A DNA stretch of 64,000 bases from Geosiphon pyriformis uo1 (Eukaryota; Fungi; Glomeromycota). The notes under the pieces were generated by a model. That model saw only the letters and a list, made by a program, of their open reading frames with translations, was not told the DNA's origin and did no database searches. The DNA is taken from contig JAAOMT010000586.1 of NCBI GenBank assembly GCA_016748015.1, positions 913,483 through 977,482 of the forward strand, read 5' to 3'. The first letter of the stretch is position 1. Every line of letters begins with the position of its first letter. Positions 1-14,101 of the stretch are shown here, one piece after another. The position numbers and the translations under genes are program-made.

Positions 1-395
1 TATTGGATCCATTCTTGCATTCCTCCAGATTGAATTCTATTGGTTGTTGTACTTAAGGGAATCGTTTGTTATGTAGTGTTTAATGTCTGTATCAATTATA
101 CATAGAGTTTTAGTGATTGCTCAAGTAGTGGTAGTTGTTGAGTACCCTAGTAAGTTTTGATGGATTTGTTCTCCAAGTCTTCCTGTATTAATTGTATGAT
201 CTAACAAACAGTTAATTTTTGTGTTGATATAGTTGCAAAAATTGCTTTTTGTAATGGTGGTTTCTGCTGGTATTCCTAGATCTTTTTGAAAGTATTGAAA
301 TAGTGCTCTTTTGTACAAGAAGTGGTCCTTTCTTATTGTTCTAATAGTCGCCACTTTTGTGTATTTCTGGAGTGCTCTGTCTCTGTAGATTTATA

Positions 396-413
396 ACCTT
401 ACAGAGAGCACCA
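396..413 (-). promoter_or_regulatory. tRNA primer-binding site of copy Z
   Basis: TGGTGCTCTCTGTAAGG two bases after the LTR end; same motif in copies A and C. Confidence 0.75.
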
Positions 414-415
414 AA

Positions 416-1379
416 TGTTACAGGTAAACTTGGTAGGATATGATGGTAACGTTTGGTGTTCTATTTTTGAATTATTTTTCAAGGTTGTCTGCTTTTTCCA
501 CTGTGTCAGTATTATCAGTCTCTAAAGATCTATTCTTGGATGTGAATTTACCTATTGAGTTTTTTGGTTATAAAACACAGAGTTTGTCTTTTGTTGATTG
601 CAATATTTTCTATAATTATAAGTTTTTTTCTCCATGCTAACAAATGCAGTCATTAGGATCCAGCATTGTTTTTTCGCCCTTTTGGTAAGCTATCAAGATA
701 ACATTAATATTCAAAACTTAAGAAAAGCTTCCTTTTTTTACCAGACTATCACAAAGTCTATTCCAAGACAGTTGATTTTCTTATGTTGCTACTTCAAACA
801 AAAAGAAGAAAGAAAAGAAAAATAAAGAAAGAAAAAGAAAAGAAAAGAAAAGAAAAGAAAAAGAATTAGTTCTCATTAATTGCTGTGATCAAGAGCAATT
901 GGTTCAAATTGTTAAAGTTTGAGGCATTTATGCTAATAGTATCTGTTCCAGAACAAAGGTAAGAAATACTGATTTCAATTTTTTAATTGAAATTCATAAT
1001 ATTGGCAAACATGAAGTGGTAAATTGGATTTCTTTTTGGTTTTTGATATTTTATTGTATTTTGGACTATGGATATATGATAAGTATAATACAAAGTAAAA
1101 TTGATTGTTAACTAACTGTCTTTTCAACTTCTACAACTACTTGCTTTTATATATTCTTTTGGTTTTATAGAATTGCTTTCAATTGCTTCACTATTTCTAG
1201 CTATTGCTCATTATTGCTAACTATTGCTCATGTTTGTCCTATGTTACCTCAAGTTGTATCACGTTTTTTTTGTTATGTTTCTTTGTTACATTTTTCCCAT
1301 AGCTTTTTGGTTTTTCTACTTGGATAACAGCACTAGAGTTCTGTAGTTTTTTTCAGCTAGACTTAAGCTGTGACTAACA
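416..1379 (-). repeat. 5' LTR of copy Z (~964 bp)
   Basis: TG...CA ends with TGTTA/TAACA inverted termini, 10-bp U3 repeats (ctattgctca, 1201-1230), TATA-like element near 1150, T-rich tract near 800-865, adjacent PBS. Confidence 0.7.
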
Positions 1380-2924
1380 TATACTACTGGGTGTTTTCTT
1401 TCATTCAGTCTTTTTTGAGATAGTACAGCTCCTAATGCTTGACCCAATGCATTGGTTGTAATTATGAATGGTTTGCTATAATTTGGATAGATCAGTACTA
1501 GAACTTAAATAAGCTTTTTTCTTAATATATCAAAGGCTTTTTGCTGGTTTTCTGTCCATTCATATTTAGTGTTCTTTGCTTAGAGCTGGTATAATGACTG
1601 AGCCAGTTTGGAAAAGTCTTGATGAAATGGCAGTAGTAACTTGCAAATTCCAAGAATGCTCATAGTTCAGTTAAGTTGGTAAATACTGGAAAGTTTTAAT
1701 TATCTTGTCTGGATCTGTTTTGATGCCATCTTTGCTTACAATATGTCCCAAAAACTTGAGTTCGGTTTTTCCAAAGAAATATTTGGTTGTATTTAATTTT
1801 AATTCAGCTCTTCTTAGTCTTTCAAATACTTGTTGAAAATAATGTAAATAATCATTGAATGTCTTAAAAAACATATTGGTGTCATCTAAGTAAACAATTA
1901 CTAATTTTCACAGTAGTTCAGTATAAACAATTTTCATGAGCTATTGAAATGTAGTTGATACATTCATTAAGCCAAAAGACATAACTTCAAATTTAAAATT
2001 TCTTTCTCAGGTTGTAAAAGCCATTTTTTTCTTATCTTCTGGTTTTATGGCTACTTGCCAGTAACCATTATCTAAGTCTAATGTTAAGAACTATTTTTTT
2101 CTTCCAAATGTATTGAAAAGTTTCTGGATCTTTGGAGTTAAATAACTATCTCCTTTTGTTATTCCATTAAGTTTTCAGTAATCTATGCAAAACTAAATCT
2201 TCCCATTTTTTTTCCAAACCAATACAACTAGTGAAGACTATGAACTCATTAATGGTTGAATTAACCTGTTGTCTAGCATTCTATTAATTTCTTGTCAGAT
2301 AATCTTATGGCTAATTGGTGGTACTTGGTATGCTCTTTGTTTTATTGGCATAGTGTCTTCAATCTTGATCTGGTGTTGGATTATGTCTGTTTTGCCAAAT
2401 TTATTTTCACTTGCAAAAATGTTAGTAAAATTGTTAAGTAACATTTTGAGTTGCATCTGTTAAAATAGGTTTAGATTTTCTAAGTTTATTTGTTCTAATT
2501 GTTTTGATTGGAACAAATAATATTTGTTCTATCCATAGATTATTTGTGATGTAATATTCACATATTCGCAAAGCTGTGAAAAATCTGAAATGGGGTTTGG
2601 TAGTTGATCTTCAACTTTAGTGTTTAAATATTTAATAGTGGTTCCTTTTGGTATCTTAATGACATCTTCTGTTGTGTTGTAGATAGAAATTTTAATGTGG
2701 TTTTTGTTTTTGGCTGGTATGTATAGATTGATAAGTCTAATTTCTCTTGATTTGCAAATAGTTGGTTCTATTTCAAAAATCTGTGCCTGATTTTTTACTT
2801 TTCTTTTCAATACTAACATATGCCTGTTATATAGTGAAATAAAAACCAATTGATTGGTGGAGATAATTTTTTTCTTGTCAACAATTTTTTTTTCTGTTAT
2901 ATTGACTGGCACATCTATTCTACT

Positions 2925-3335
2925 TGTGGATCCAAATTTACTTATTTTTCTAACTGTAATTCCTAATTTTTCTCTGTTTTTTACTAATACTAATTGAGCT
3001 ATTTTAACCAGAAACGGAAATATTGTCTGTACTATTTTTCATTTGGCTCTATCACATAGGTCTTTTCTGAGTCATTTTGTAGCATAATAATAATATTTCC
3101 TACATATTCTGTATCAATTATTCTTCCTTTAATGTTGATTCCTTTTTTTGCTAGACTATTCTTTGATGCTAGTTGAACTATTGTTGTTGTTAGAATTTTC
3201 AGTGCTATTTTAAGATCAATGCATATGCACAAATTTGGTTTTAATTTGATGACATCTTTCCCTGAATATCTCAGATTAAACTCAGCATCAGTATTATATA
3301 CACATTCTGACATGATATCTTTATCATTATCACTA
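2925..3335 (-). pseudogene. dUTPase domain of copy A (degenerate)
   Basis: DAEFNL...LASKNSLAKKGI...IIDTEYVGNIIIMLQN, plus motif-5-like FGST near 2925-2940. Confidence 0.8.
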
Positions 3336-6300
3336 AACCATTTTAGTTCCTGCTTCTTAGTAAGATTAAGGAGCATGATATATTGTTTGAAGTTTGAATC
3401 ATTGTTATTTTGGTTGCTATATTGAGTGGCACTAAAACTATTATTATTATTGTCATCATTGTCAGAATTTGAATTGGGATTGAAATTTAATTCCAATTCT
3501 AATGTGCAGCTACTGATTGGTTTTTCCTCTTCTGAGATTATGTAGATTATGCATAATAGTGAATTGTAAATAAAATCACAATTGTCACAATATTCAAAAT
3601 CACTGGAAATTAAACAATGTTGGCATAATTTAGTATTCAACTGTTTTAGCCATTGTTTTTGCTCTTTTCTTGTTGGGGCCAGTTGTTAGTAGTGTTTGAA
3701 AAATTCTTTAGGATTGTCCTTAATGTTATTAAAGACATCAAAGATTTAGACATATTTAGGTTCTGAAAGTAATAAGGGGTTGTTTTTGATTTCTAGTAGT
3801 TCATGTCTTCTACTTTCACATTTACCATTTTCCAAATTTCATGTTCATCATGGAAATATTCTTTCAGTCATTTATTAAGATGGTATATTGACATGTTTTA
3901 TTGCATGTTTTTTCATGTTCAGGAATGTTATTCTACATTTTTTTGTCAAGCAAAATGGTTTTACAGATAAGATAAGACTCATTATCTCATTTTTTTGTCT
4001 TTTTGGTTGTCTAAACCATTCGAAGATGCAAAAATAACAATAAAATTTTGTTGCCATTGGGTATTCTTCATCATTACTACAGCATATATCTATTGATAAC
4101 AATTTCTTGCCACAATTAACACACACCAGTTTTGGTTAGTGATAGTTAGATGGTTGTAATAAAGTATAGATATATGAGATATAAGTTGTAATAGTTACTG
4201 GTGCTGGCTTTTCTTTTTTTTTTTTTTTTTTTCAGTTTCTTCTCACTTCCAACTTGGTGTCAGTTTGTCCTGATTGTTATTAGTTTACAATATTTGATTG
4301 TTATTCCAGATAAGTTCTTCTTTCTATTTTTTCTTTTCTTTGTTGTCTTATGAGGGTATAGATGGTAGTTTGTTGTGTTTGTCATTGGTCTATAAGACTT
4401 GGTAGGCTTTTTAGATAGGTTTTTTTTTTTTCTTCAAGCTCAATTAAGGGTGTTAGAGTATAAATGGTTTTAAAGTCACCACACATGGCTGGTATATGTG
4501 TGTGTCATCTGTTCTAATTGAGTTGGAGCTCCTGTATAGTCCAATTCAATACTGTATTGATTTTGGACAACCAGTTATTGCTAATGAGTGTTTGGTACTA
4601 AGTGGCTTCCATTACTAAGACTTTGATGAGAATAATAATACCATTGACTTCAAATAAGAAGTCATCAATTTCACTTATAGGAGTTTTGGTTATTCTATTA
4701 GCTGTAATAATTCTGGTGTTAGCAGCATGATCAACTTGGCAACTTAATTGGTTTATGAGTTGTCTTGTGATAATGCTGTCTGCTAAACCACTATTAAAAA
4801 TGAGCTTGATAGATTGATCATTAACTTTGGCATCAGTGTACATCATGGTAATAAGTTTGGTGTTAAAAGCAATTCCACTAAGTAATAGAATTGGAACAAT
4901 TTCTTCGAGTTCAAAAGAGAATATAACAGCAAGAATTTTGTTTTTGGTACTGGTTGCTGGTAAAATATTGCTGGTAGGTGGCTGTTTTTGGTTGGTTTTT
5001 TGGTTGTTGGGTGAGACATTTTTTGGGGTAATTAAGAGACTTAAATAGTGTTAAAAATTCAGGGTTTGGGTGTACCCAGTTCTTGAATTCTACTGACACA
5101 ATCCTGATGGCTGATTTAATGAACTGGAAATTAGTTGGTAGACAACTATTGCCAATCTCCAGTTTTGGGTAATTCTTGATTTGGGATTTCCTAATGTTAT
5201 TTGAGCTGAGTTTGGTGGTGGTGTTAGAATTATGAGTGTCTAATAAATTATTTATGGCTGTGATGGTTGATATATTATGAGTGTTGCTGATTAATAAATT
5301 GGTGCTTGATAGATTGGCTGTGTTATTTAAGTATAATGAGACTGATATTGATATTGTTTGGTTGATAAATTGTTGACATAATTTGGGGTTTAAAATCTGT
5401 GATCAGAGTTTTGATACTAATTTCCTGATTATTGGTTGTCTATTTTTAATCAGCAATTGATTCTTAAATGTTCTTGTTTACCACAATAGTGGCAAATATG
5501 TGTTTTTTGTTACCATTGCTAATTGCTCAATAATAATGGATGCAATTAATTTTGGGAACAATTTGAGTTTTCCTAATTATTGCATCATTGTGAAGATTAA
5601 TAAATTGCCTGATTGTTGTTAGCTAAGTATCTTTCTAATTTTTGATTGATCAAATTACTAAACTGTTTCAATTTGGAATCCAAGTCAGATGATCTGTTCA
5701 TTACTAGATTTATGACTTTGATGTGATTGACTTCTAATTTGACAGCTTCAAAATTTCTGATATGAGTGACTGCAGCTTGAAGGTTGACTGGATATTATGA
5801 ATGTATATGTTGGAGAATACTATTGTATAGTCCACAGATAAACTGATTCAGAATCTGGGCCACTGTAAAATAGTTGGCATCAATGGCTTGAATTTGGCAC
5901 AAATTTTTGTGGAAGCATCTTAGGTAGGTAGTAACTGCTTCACTTTCTCTTTGCTTGATGGTGGTAAAGGTATTTGTCAAATAGTTAATACTATTATTAT
6001 TACTGAAATATCTCAAAAATTCAAGTTTGAATTCTTAGAAAGTTTGTGGTTTGGCAGCTAAACTCTGATATCATAAATTAGCAGTATCTTAGAAAAAATA
6101 GAGAATCATTTGAAGGGCTCTATTATTGTTTTATCCATTGGCTGTAATAGCTTTTTTCACATTATTGAGCCATACTTAGGCATTATCTTTCTTGCCAGTA
6201 AATTTCTCAATTTTGGTAATAGGTGCATATGCCATTGATGCTAATGGTAGTTGTTGTTGCAGTTGGAGTTGGAGTTGCTGTTGCTGTTTTTGCTGAGATG

Positions 6301-7222
6301 GTAGTTGTGGCTGTTGCTGTTGCTGTTTGGCAATTGGTGGGGCTAGAGGTGAATCAATCATGATTACTGGAAATAAGTTTTGGGCAACAATAAGGGTGGT
6401 ATTTAGATTGTTCTGATTTGACTAAATTAAAACAATCAGAATTTGAATTTCCAGGTTTTTTAAAATCAGATTTTGCTTATTAATTTTTTGATCATTATTT
6501 TCATCTTTCTTGAAGTCAGTTATTTCTCAAGAATTAATGGTTCCAAAATCTGGTTGTGGTAATGGTGATCAAACTCCTGATAGCATTGGAGATCATAATT
6601 TAAATCCCTTAAAATAATCATCATATGTTCTTAATAACTTTGTTTTCTTCTGTTTACTTTGAACAAAATTCTGTTCAGTAGTGTTGTTATGCTTGCTGTA
6701 AACACACTTGTTATATTGATAGTGTTTCTGGGTGTGTAGTGATATGATAGATTAGCAGGTAAATCAAATCTTTGTTTCTTCCAAGTGGATAGTTGGACTT
6801 GCTTTGAGGTTTCTGTTGGTGTTTGCAATCTTTCTTTTTCTTTGTTGACAAAAATAATAAAAAATTTTTGTTTAGTGTATTTTTCTATTTCTCTATTTAT
6901 TTCCATAATTAGTAGTGCAAATAGATAATTTTGTGGAAGGGTAGTGCTTTGGAGTAGTTTACTAAAGAAATTGTTAAAAGTAGATTCTGGATCTCCTTAA
7001 TTTTCCAAGTAGTATGCAATTTTTTTGTTAACGTAACAATTAAAAGTTGATTCTGTTGACCAATTACTATTTGTTAATCTGAGATGAGTGTAATAATATT
7101 GAAATAAAGATTTTGCAAATCCCAAGTGGTTTGTTTCTGTTTTTTTAAATTCTGTTATTGTTTTAGATGGTTGCTGTTGGTGCTGGTTTTCTGTTGGATT
7201 ATACTTTACAGAAAGCACCAAA

Positions 7223-8022
7223 TGTTACAGATGATTATTTGGGGTTTCAAATCCAATAACAAACCCATAACTTGGTGCTCAATAGCTGAATTATGTTGGT
7301 AATGTTTGAAGGTTTTGGTGATCTAAAAGTTTTGGTTAAGTTTTTTGTATAATAAATAAAGATTCAATTGTTGTTTTAATAGCCTCTTGGAATTACAATT
7401 CTATCAAATTTCTTTCTTGATGTGGTGGCTAATAATCCTCCTGGTAAGCTATCCTTAAATCTATAAGTTCTTTGCCCTTATTTTATGAGTCTTTTACCAG
7501 TCCCTATGACATCTGTAACTTAGCACTTTTAATCCTTAATCAATTAATAAAACAAAACAAAAAAATAAAAATAAAAATAAAAAAATCAATCAAAATAAGC
7601 CAAGGCAATTAAGTTGGTATCCTGTCAATAGCTGTAATCAAGAGTTATTGTTCCAGTGTGATTAAGTATTGACAGTTGTCAACATGAAGTGTTGATAGTG
7701 AAGAGTAAATTAAGATAACAAATAATTATTTATTAATATTTTGTGAATTAAAAAATTGTTTAAATGAAATCTAAACTGAGAGTTCTGTTTTTTTTGCTTT
7801 TAATGCTATTGCTATATATACATATTTGGGATTTCTTAATTCTTCCATTCTTTCTGCCAGAAATTCTGAAATTTCTGGAATTCTGCAATTTCTTGAGAAG
7901 AATCCTGGAATTCTGAAATTCTGTGATTTCTCATATAAGAATCCTGGAATTTCATATTTTATTGCATCTATTTCTGATTGACTAATATATACTACTATGA
8001 TTCCTATCTTCTATAAGTAACA
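7223..8022 (-). repeat. 5' LTR of copy A (~800 bp)
   Basis: Minus strand starts TGTTACTT (8022) and ends CTGTAACA (7223), followed by PBS TGGTGCTTTCTG. Short aattctg/aatcctggaa repeats at 7860-7955; TATA-like element near 7815. Confidence 0.7.
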
Positions 8023-11000
8023 ATATGTGTTAATGTTTATTTTAACTAATAATATTACTGTTCTATTATAAACAAGTTCAAATGGTATTGCTTGTGTAAT
8101 ATCTTGCTTCATTATTTAATAAGCAAATAGTACTGAAAGTATAAACAAATTCTATTTGTCTTGGTTTTTTTGGTTAATCTTGGCTATCACTTTACACAAT
8201 GTTTTGTTAAATCTTTTGACTAAGCTATTTGTTTGTAGATGGTATGATAATAATAATGGTCTCTTAATTCCAAATTTTTGACTTAATTCTGTTAGTGTTT
8301 TGTTCACAAAGTAAGTTTTTTGATCTGATAATAATTTTTTTAAACATTTATGTCAATAAATCAAATTTTGGTGTATAAATTTGGCTATAAATTCTACATC
8401 TGCTCTTTGAATTGCTTTTACTTTTGGCCATTTTGTGAAATATTTTATAGTTACTGCTATATAATGATTGCCTCTGCTGGTTATTATTAATGGTTCAACT
8501 AAGTCAATTTCAATTTAATCAAATAATTGTTCTACTTTAATTGGTCTTAGTGGTTTATTGGATTTTGTTTCTCTTTTTTTCTGATAAACATCACAATTTT
8601 GAACATATTGGATAATATCTAGATACATAAATGGCCAATAATATCTTTTTTTGGTTCTTTTCATGGTTGTTTTTTTATAAAAATATTCTGCTGTTAAATC
8701 TGAATGCATGTTAAATATTATTGTTCTTTTTTCTGGTTCTGTAATTACTTTAAGTGGCTGATCTGAATATTTTATGTTCTTTTAATATAATATATCTTGG
8801 TAAGTGATAAAACATTTTGCTTGTTATTTTATGTTGTTTTGTTTTTTTTAAGATAATTTCTTCTTAAACTGTTGAGTATTAATATAATATTGAAATTGTT
8901 AATATTTTTGGTGTGTTTATCTTTTGTTATATTTTTGGGTTGAAAATGTTCTTAGATTTGTTTTATTTGTGACAAACTGTTGGCATTTTTATTTTTTTTT
9001 TCTCTTTTATAATGTACTATATAATTAAATAGTGATAGTTCTATTTTTTATTTTGTATGGCAATTATTTCCAAATTTTTGCTTTTGAATTGATGTTAATT
9101 CTTTGTGATTAGTGTACATATTAAACTTTTGACTTAAATATTCCTTCTATTTAATGACAGCCCAATAGATAGCTAAGTATTCTAGTGTTAAAATTCTATA
9201 GTTTCTTTTGGCTGGACTTAAACTTTTGCTGATATATGTCACTGGATGTTTTTGTCTATCTGCTTTTTTTTGTGACAATACTGCTTTTAATGTTTGACCA
9301 GATACATCAATAGTGATAATAAATAACTTGTTGTAATCTGAATAGATTAATACTGGTGCTTAAATAAGCTTTCTTCTTAAGATATCAAAAGCTTCTTGTT
9401 GAGTTTCAGTCTATTTATATTTCACATTCTTTGTTTAAAGCTAGTAAAGTGGTTGAGCCAGTTTGAAAAAGTTCTGAATAAAGTGGTAATAGTATCTGGC
9501 AAATTCTAAGAATACTTTAAATTCTGTAAAATTTGTTGGTATTAAAAAATTCTTAATTATTCTAGATCTATTTTGATGCTGCCTTTGCTTATAACATGTT
9601 TCAAAAATTTCAGTTTTGTTTTGTTAAAAAAGCACTTGTTTGCATTCAATTTTAATTCAGTTCTTCTTAATTTTTCGAACACTTGCTAAAGATGATAAAA
9701 ATGATTGAGATAATTATCAAATATTTTTGAGAACACATTAGTGTTATCTAAATAGACTACTATTGATATTAATTTCTATAATAATCTAGTGTAGATAATT
9801 TCTATAAGCCATTAGAAAGTGGCTGGAGCATTAGTTAAACTAAATAGCATAATATCAAATTTGAAGTTCTCTTCTTTAATTATAAATGTTGTCTTCTTTT
9901 TATCCTCTAGTTTTATGGCTGCTTGTCAATAACTACTGTCTAAATCCAAAGTAAAGAACTATTTCTTTCTTTCAAAAGTGTTAAATAATTTTTGGATTCA
10001 TAGAATTAGATAGCTGTCTCCATGAGTTATATTGTTAAGCTTCCTATAATCTACACAAAAGTGGATTTTTCCATTTTTTTTTTAGACTAATACCACTGGT
10101 GATAACCATGAATTTATTGATAGTTGAATTAATCCATTGTCCAATATCTGATTGATTTTTTGTTGGATGATTTTATGGCTTGCTGGTGGGATTCTGTATG
10201 TTTATTATTTTATTAGCACTGTATCTTCTGTTTTAATTTGGTGTTAGATGATATCAGTTCTACCAAATTCATTTTTACTGGCAAATATGTTAGTAAAATT
10301 GTTAAGTAGCATCTTGAGTTGTATATGTTAAAATGGGTCTAAGTTTTCCAAGTTTATTTGTTTTAATTGTTCTGGTTAAAGCAAATAATATTCTTCCTGT
10401 TTGTATATTGTTTGTGATATGATATTCACATATTCACAAAGTTGTGAAAAGTCTAAAATAATGTTTGGTAGTTGGTTTTCAACTTTAGTGTTCAAGTATC
10501 CAATAGTAGTTTCATTTAATATTTCTATAATGTCTTTAGTTGTGTTGTAGATAGAAATTTTAATGTGTTTATAGTTCTTGGCCAGTATATAAAGATTGGT
10601 AATTTTAATTTTTCTTGATTCACAAATAGTTGGTTTCACTTTAAAAATCTGGGACTGGTTCTTCACTTTTTTTTCTATTACTAATATATACTAATCATAT
10701 AGTGGAATGAAAATTAATTGATTGGTAAAGATAATTTTTCTCTTATTAATTGTTTCTTTCTTTGTTATATTGACTGGTACATCTATTTTATTCATAGATT
10801 CAAATTTATTTATCCCTTTTGCAATTATTTCTAATTCTTCTCTTGTTTTTACTAACACTAATTGAGCTATTTTTATTAGAGGTAGGAATATTGCCTATGC
10901 TATTTTTTCATTTGGTTTAATTGTGTATCCTTTTTTTAAGTCATTTTGTAGCATTGCAATAATATTTCTTATATATTTTATATCAATTATTCTTTCTTTA

Positions 11001-13090
11001 ATATTAATTACTTTTTTTATTAAGCTAAATCTAGATACTAATTGAATCATTGTTGTTATTAGAATTTCTAGTGTTATTTTTAAATTTCTATTAATGTGTG
11101 AATATGGTTTCAATCTGATAGCAGTTTTTTCTAAATATCTAAGATTAAACTCTGTATTGGTATTATGTATATATTTTGGCATAATATTTTTGTTATTATT
11201 ACTGAACCATTTCAGTTTTTGCTTCATAAAGAGATTTAAAAGTGTAATATATTATTCAGAGTTGTAATTAAAATTTGAATCATCATTATTGTTGCCATAA
11301 TAAACAAAATTAGAACCATTGTTGTTATTATTATTAGAGTTTAAATTAGGCTTAAATTTTGATTTCGATTCTGCTATACATTCACTGATTGGTTTTTCTT
11401 CTTTAGGAATCAAATAAATTATGCATGATAGTAGATTATAAATAAGATCACAATTATTACAATAATTAAAGTCACTGGGAATTAAGCAATGTTTATACAG
11501 TTTTATATTTAACTGTTCCAAATACTGTTCTTGGTTTTCTCTAATAGATGCTAAGTTTTGGTAGTATTTGTAAAATTGTTCTGGATTACTTAAAATGTCA
11601 AGAAATATGTCTGAATTTGGAATAAGAATGGTCTCAACTGGTTTTGGTGGGTTGTTTTTGATTACCAATATTTCATTGGGCAAAGTATTTTTGACTTTGG
11701 CACTTGTCATTTATCAGATTTTGTTTTTATTATGTAAATAATTATCTAAGTATAAGAGTACTTAGTTTTATGTAGTGTTAAAAAGTGTTTTTCAGCTTAC
11801 CTAATTACTAATAAGGATTATGTATTGACATAATATGTCACACATTCCTCTTTAACCAGAAATATTATTTTATATTTCTTCATCAAGTAGCATTTTTCCA
11901 CAAATAAGACATGATTTATTGTCTCATTTTCCTTGTCATTTTGGATAACCAAAATGTTTTCAGTAATATGATTTGCAGTAATAATAAATATGCATTCAGT
12001 AGTCTTCATCTGGTGTTATTTAAGCTTTCATGAATGAAAACTTTTTTTTGTAGTCAATATATCTAAGAAAAATGTAGAATAGTTTCTTTTTTGTGTCTAC
12101 TAAATATGATGTGTATCAACTGTTAGCAGTTTTGCTAATGTCAATGGTGGTTTGTGATTCATTTTTTTTTTCTCTTTGTTATTTTATAATAGAGTTGATA
12201 GTAGCTTGTTATGGTCTTTTTCAGTCCACAATACTTAATATACTTTCCAGATAGATTTTTTTTCTTCTTCCAATTTAATTAGTGGCAGTATTAGTATAGT
12301 AATGTTTGTTTGGAAGTGATTGCAGGTAGTAGATACTCAAGTTTGCAAATTATTATGACTGAACTATAGTTTTTAGGTATTTTAATTGAGCACTGCATTG
12401 GTTTTAGACAACCAATTATTACCAATAAGAGCTTAGTACTATGTGGCTTTTATTACCAATACTTTGATTGGTATTTTGATGTCATTAACTTCAAATAGAA
12501 AGTTGTCAATCTTATTAACGAGCATTTTTGTTATTTTATCAGCAGTAATAATTCTGGTGCTGGCAGTGTAATCAACTTAGTGACTTAATTAGTCCATGAG
12601 TTGTTGTGTAATAATACTGTTTACTAAACTACTATTAAAGATTAGCTTAATAGAATAACTATTAACTTTAATATTAGTGTATATTGTAATAATTGGTTTG
12701 GTATTAAAAACAGTTCCACTAAATAATAGTGTTTTTAATAAGGTTTCTATTTCAAAAAAGAATATTGTGGTGAGTGATTTATTTTTTGTGATAGTTGCTA
12801 ATAGAATATTATTAGTAAATAGTTGGATTTGATTGGATTTCTGTTTGTTGAATTGAACATTTTTTGGAATAACTAAAAGACTTAAATAGTTCTAAAAATT
12901 TGGATTTTGGTTGTATCCAGTTTTTGAACTTTGCTGGTGTAATCTTAATATTTGACTTAATAAACTAGAAATCAATTAGTACATAACTATTGCTAATCTT
13001 CAGTTTTGTTGAGTATGAGTAATTCTTAGTTTTTGGTTTCTGGATGTCATTTAAGCTAAGTTTTGTGATGGTGTTTAAAATAGTTGGTGT
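8023..13090 (-). mobile_element. Ty3/Gypsy internal region copy B (end of gag, protease, Cys-rich, dUTPase, RT, RNase H, partial integrase), heavily degenerate host of A and C
   Basis: Colinear with copy A (ORFs 10376-10666, 10895-11227, 11252-11710 match 2529-3640); RT VYLDN near 9745; integrase HHCC remnant 8515-8709. About 25 bp of B resumes at 22908-22932. Confidence 0.85.
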
Positions 13091-14056
13091 TGTTACCAAA
13101 TAAAATTAGAGATATTGCTTAGCATAAAATTACCCTTATAATTCTTATCATTAATTAGCATTTCAAATTATCACTTATTACATTAGCAAAATATCCGAAA
13201 TTATCATTTAATTAATAACCCAATTTGTATATAACACAAATGTAACCTAATTGTGATGATCAATTATGCAATATCCCGAAATATGTAACATTCAAAAAGT
13301 TCACTGAAATTTGTAGAAATTTGCTGAAATAATTGATAGTTCACCGAAATATCTAATTGTTTGCAGAAATAACTTGTAATTTGCCAAAATGTAGCTTTAG
13401 TTTAGCAAAATTGTAGAAAAAAACAAAGTTCAAGTTCATAGAATAGTGTTATGACAAGTTGTATAAAAGAAGAGCTTCTCTTTTTGAGAAAATGTATCTT
13501 ACTTTAGATTCATCACTTAGAACTATTCCTACATATATAAAAAGAAATAAATATCAAATAATTTGAAAAACCAAATTCTTTAATTATTGCACTTGGAAAA
13601 TCCTCAAAACCCAACTAACGTTTTGAAATTAATTAGTTACCAATTTCAGTAAACTGTTAGTGACTCCAGACCTGGATAGAAAACATTTCCCTTGACAGAA
13701 TTCTATTTCTTTTACATTTTTTTTTTTTTTTTTCTTTTCTCATTACAATCATTAGGGTAGCCTACAGATGAGATTCCTGTAGAAGAGTTGACTTTCACAG
13801 CAAAGTAACTACACATTTTAGTGAGCTTCCAGACAAGCAATTCCTGAGAAAGAGTTGATGTTTACTACAATGTAACTATATAAAGTAACTGGTAAGGAAT
13901 TGGTCATTCCACTATAAGCCCAGCAGTTCAAATTATAGGAGATAATTTGAAGATAAATTCAGTTACTGAAGGTTCAACCACATCCAGACAACGTGAATTC
14001 ACAACAAACAGGCATCAACAATGTTTAAGAAAAGAGACCAAAAACCTCCGGTAACA
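13091..14056 (+). repeat. 5' LTR of copy C
   Basis: TGTTACC...GGTAACA; direct repeat of 21964-22907. Confidence 0.95.
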
Positions 14057-14058
14057 TT

Positions 14059-14072
14059 TGGTGCTTTCTCAT
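14059..14072 (+). promoter_or_regulatory. tRNA primer-binding site of copy C
   Basis: TGGTGCTTTCTCAT just after the 5' LTR; complementary to a tRNA ending ...AGCACCA. Identity uncertain (elongator Met, Ile or Thr type). Confidence 0.8.
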
Positions 14073-14101
14073 AAAAATAACACAGCAACAACAAATTCAA
14101 A

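Larger units (their letters stand above)
1..1379 (-). mobile_element. Ty3/Gypsy LTR retrotransposon copy Z (5' LTR, PBS, start of gag; continues off window), inserted into the RNase H region of copy A
   Basis: LTR termini read TGTTAG... (1379) to ...CCTGTAACA (416) on minus, followed by PBS TGGTGCTCTCTG and gag-like ORF 121-354 similar to ORF 6997-7221. RNase H sequence of copy A stops abruptly at 1380. Confidence 0.75.
1380..8022 (-). mobile_element. Ty3/Gypsy LTR retrotransposon copy A (5' LTR 7223-8022, gag, protease, Cys-rich, dUTPase, RT, partial RNase H), degenerate, inserted into the integrase of copy B
   Basis: PBS at ~7204-7220; gag fragments 5795-7221; protease-like ORF 4598-4846 (IFNSG from LDSG); dUTPase in ORF 3032-3640; RT motif VYLDD at 1881-1895; ORF 1671-1874 (LKFLGHIVSKDGIKTDP). 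Many stops and frameshifts. Confidence 0.85.

Noticed and set aside
7223-8022. LTR shared by tandem elements A and B
   Set aside because: B's integrase is cut mid-domain at 8023 with no PPT, so this is an insertion of A rather than B's 3' LTR.
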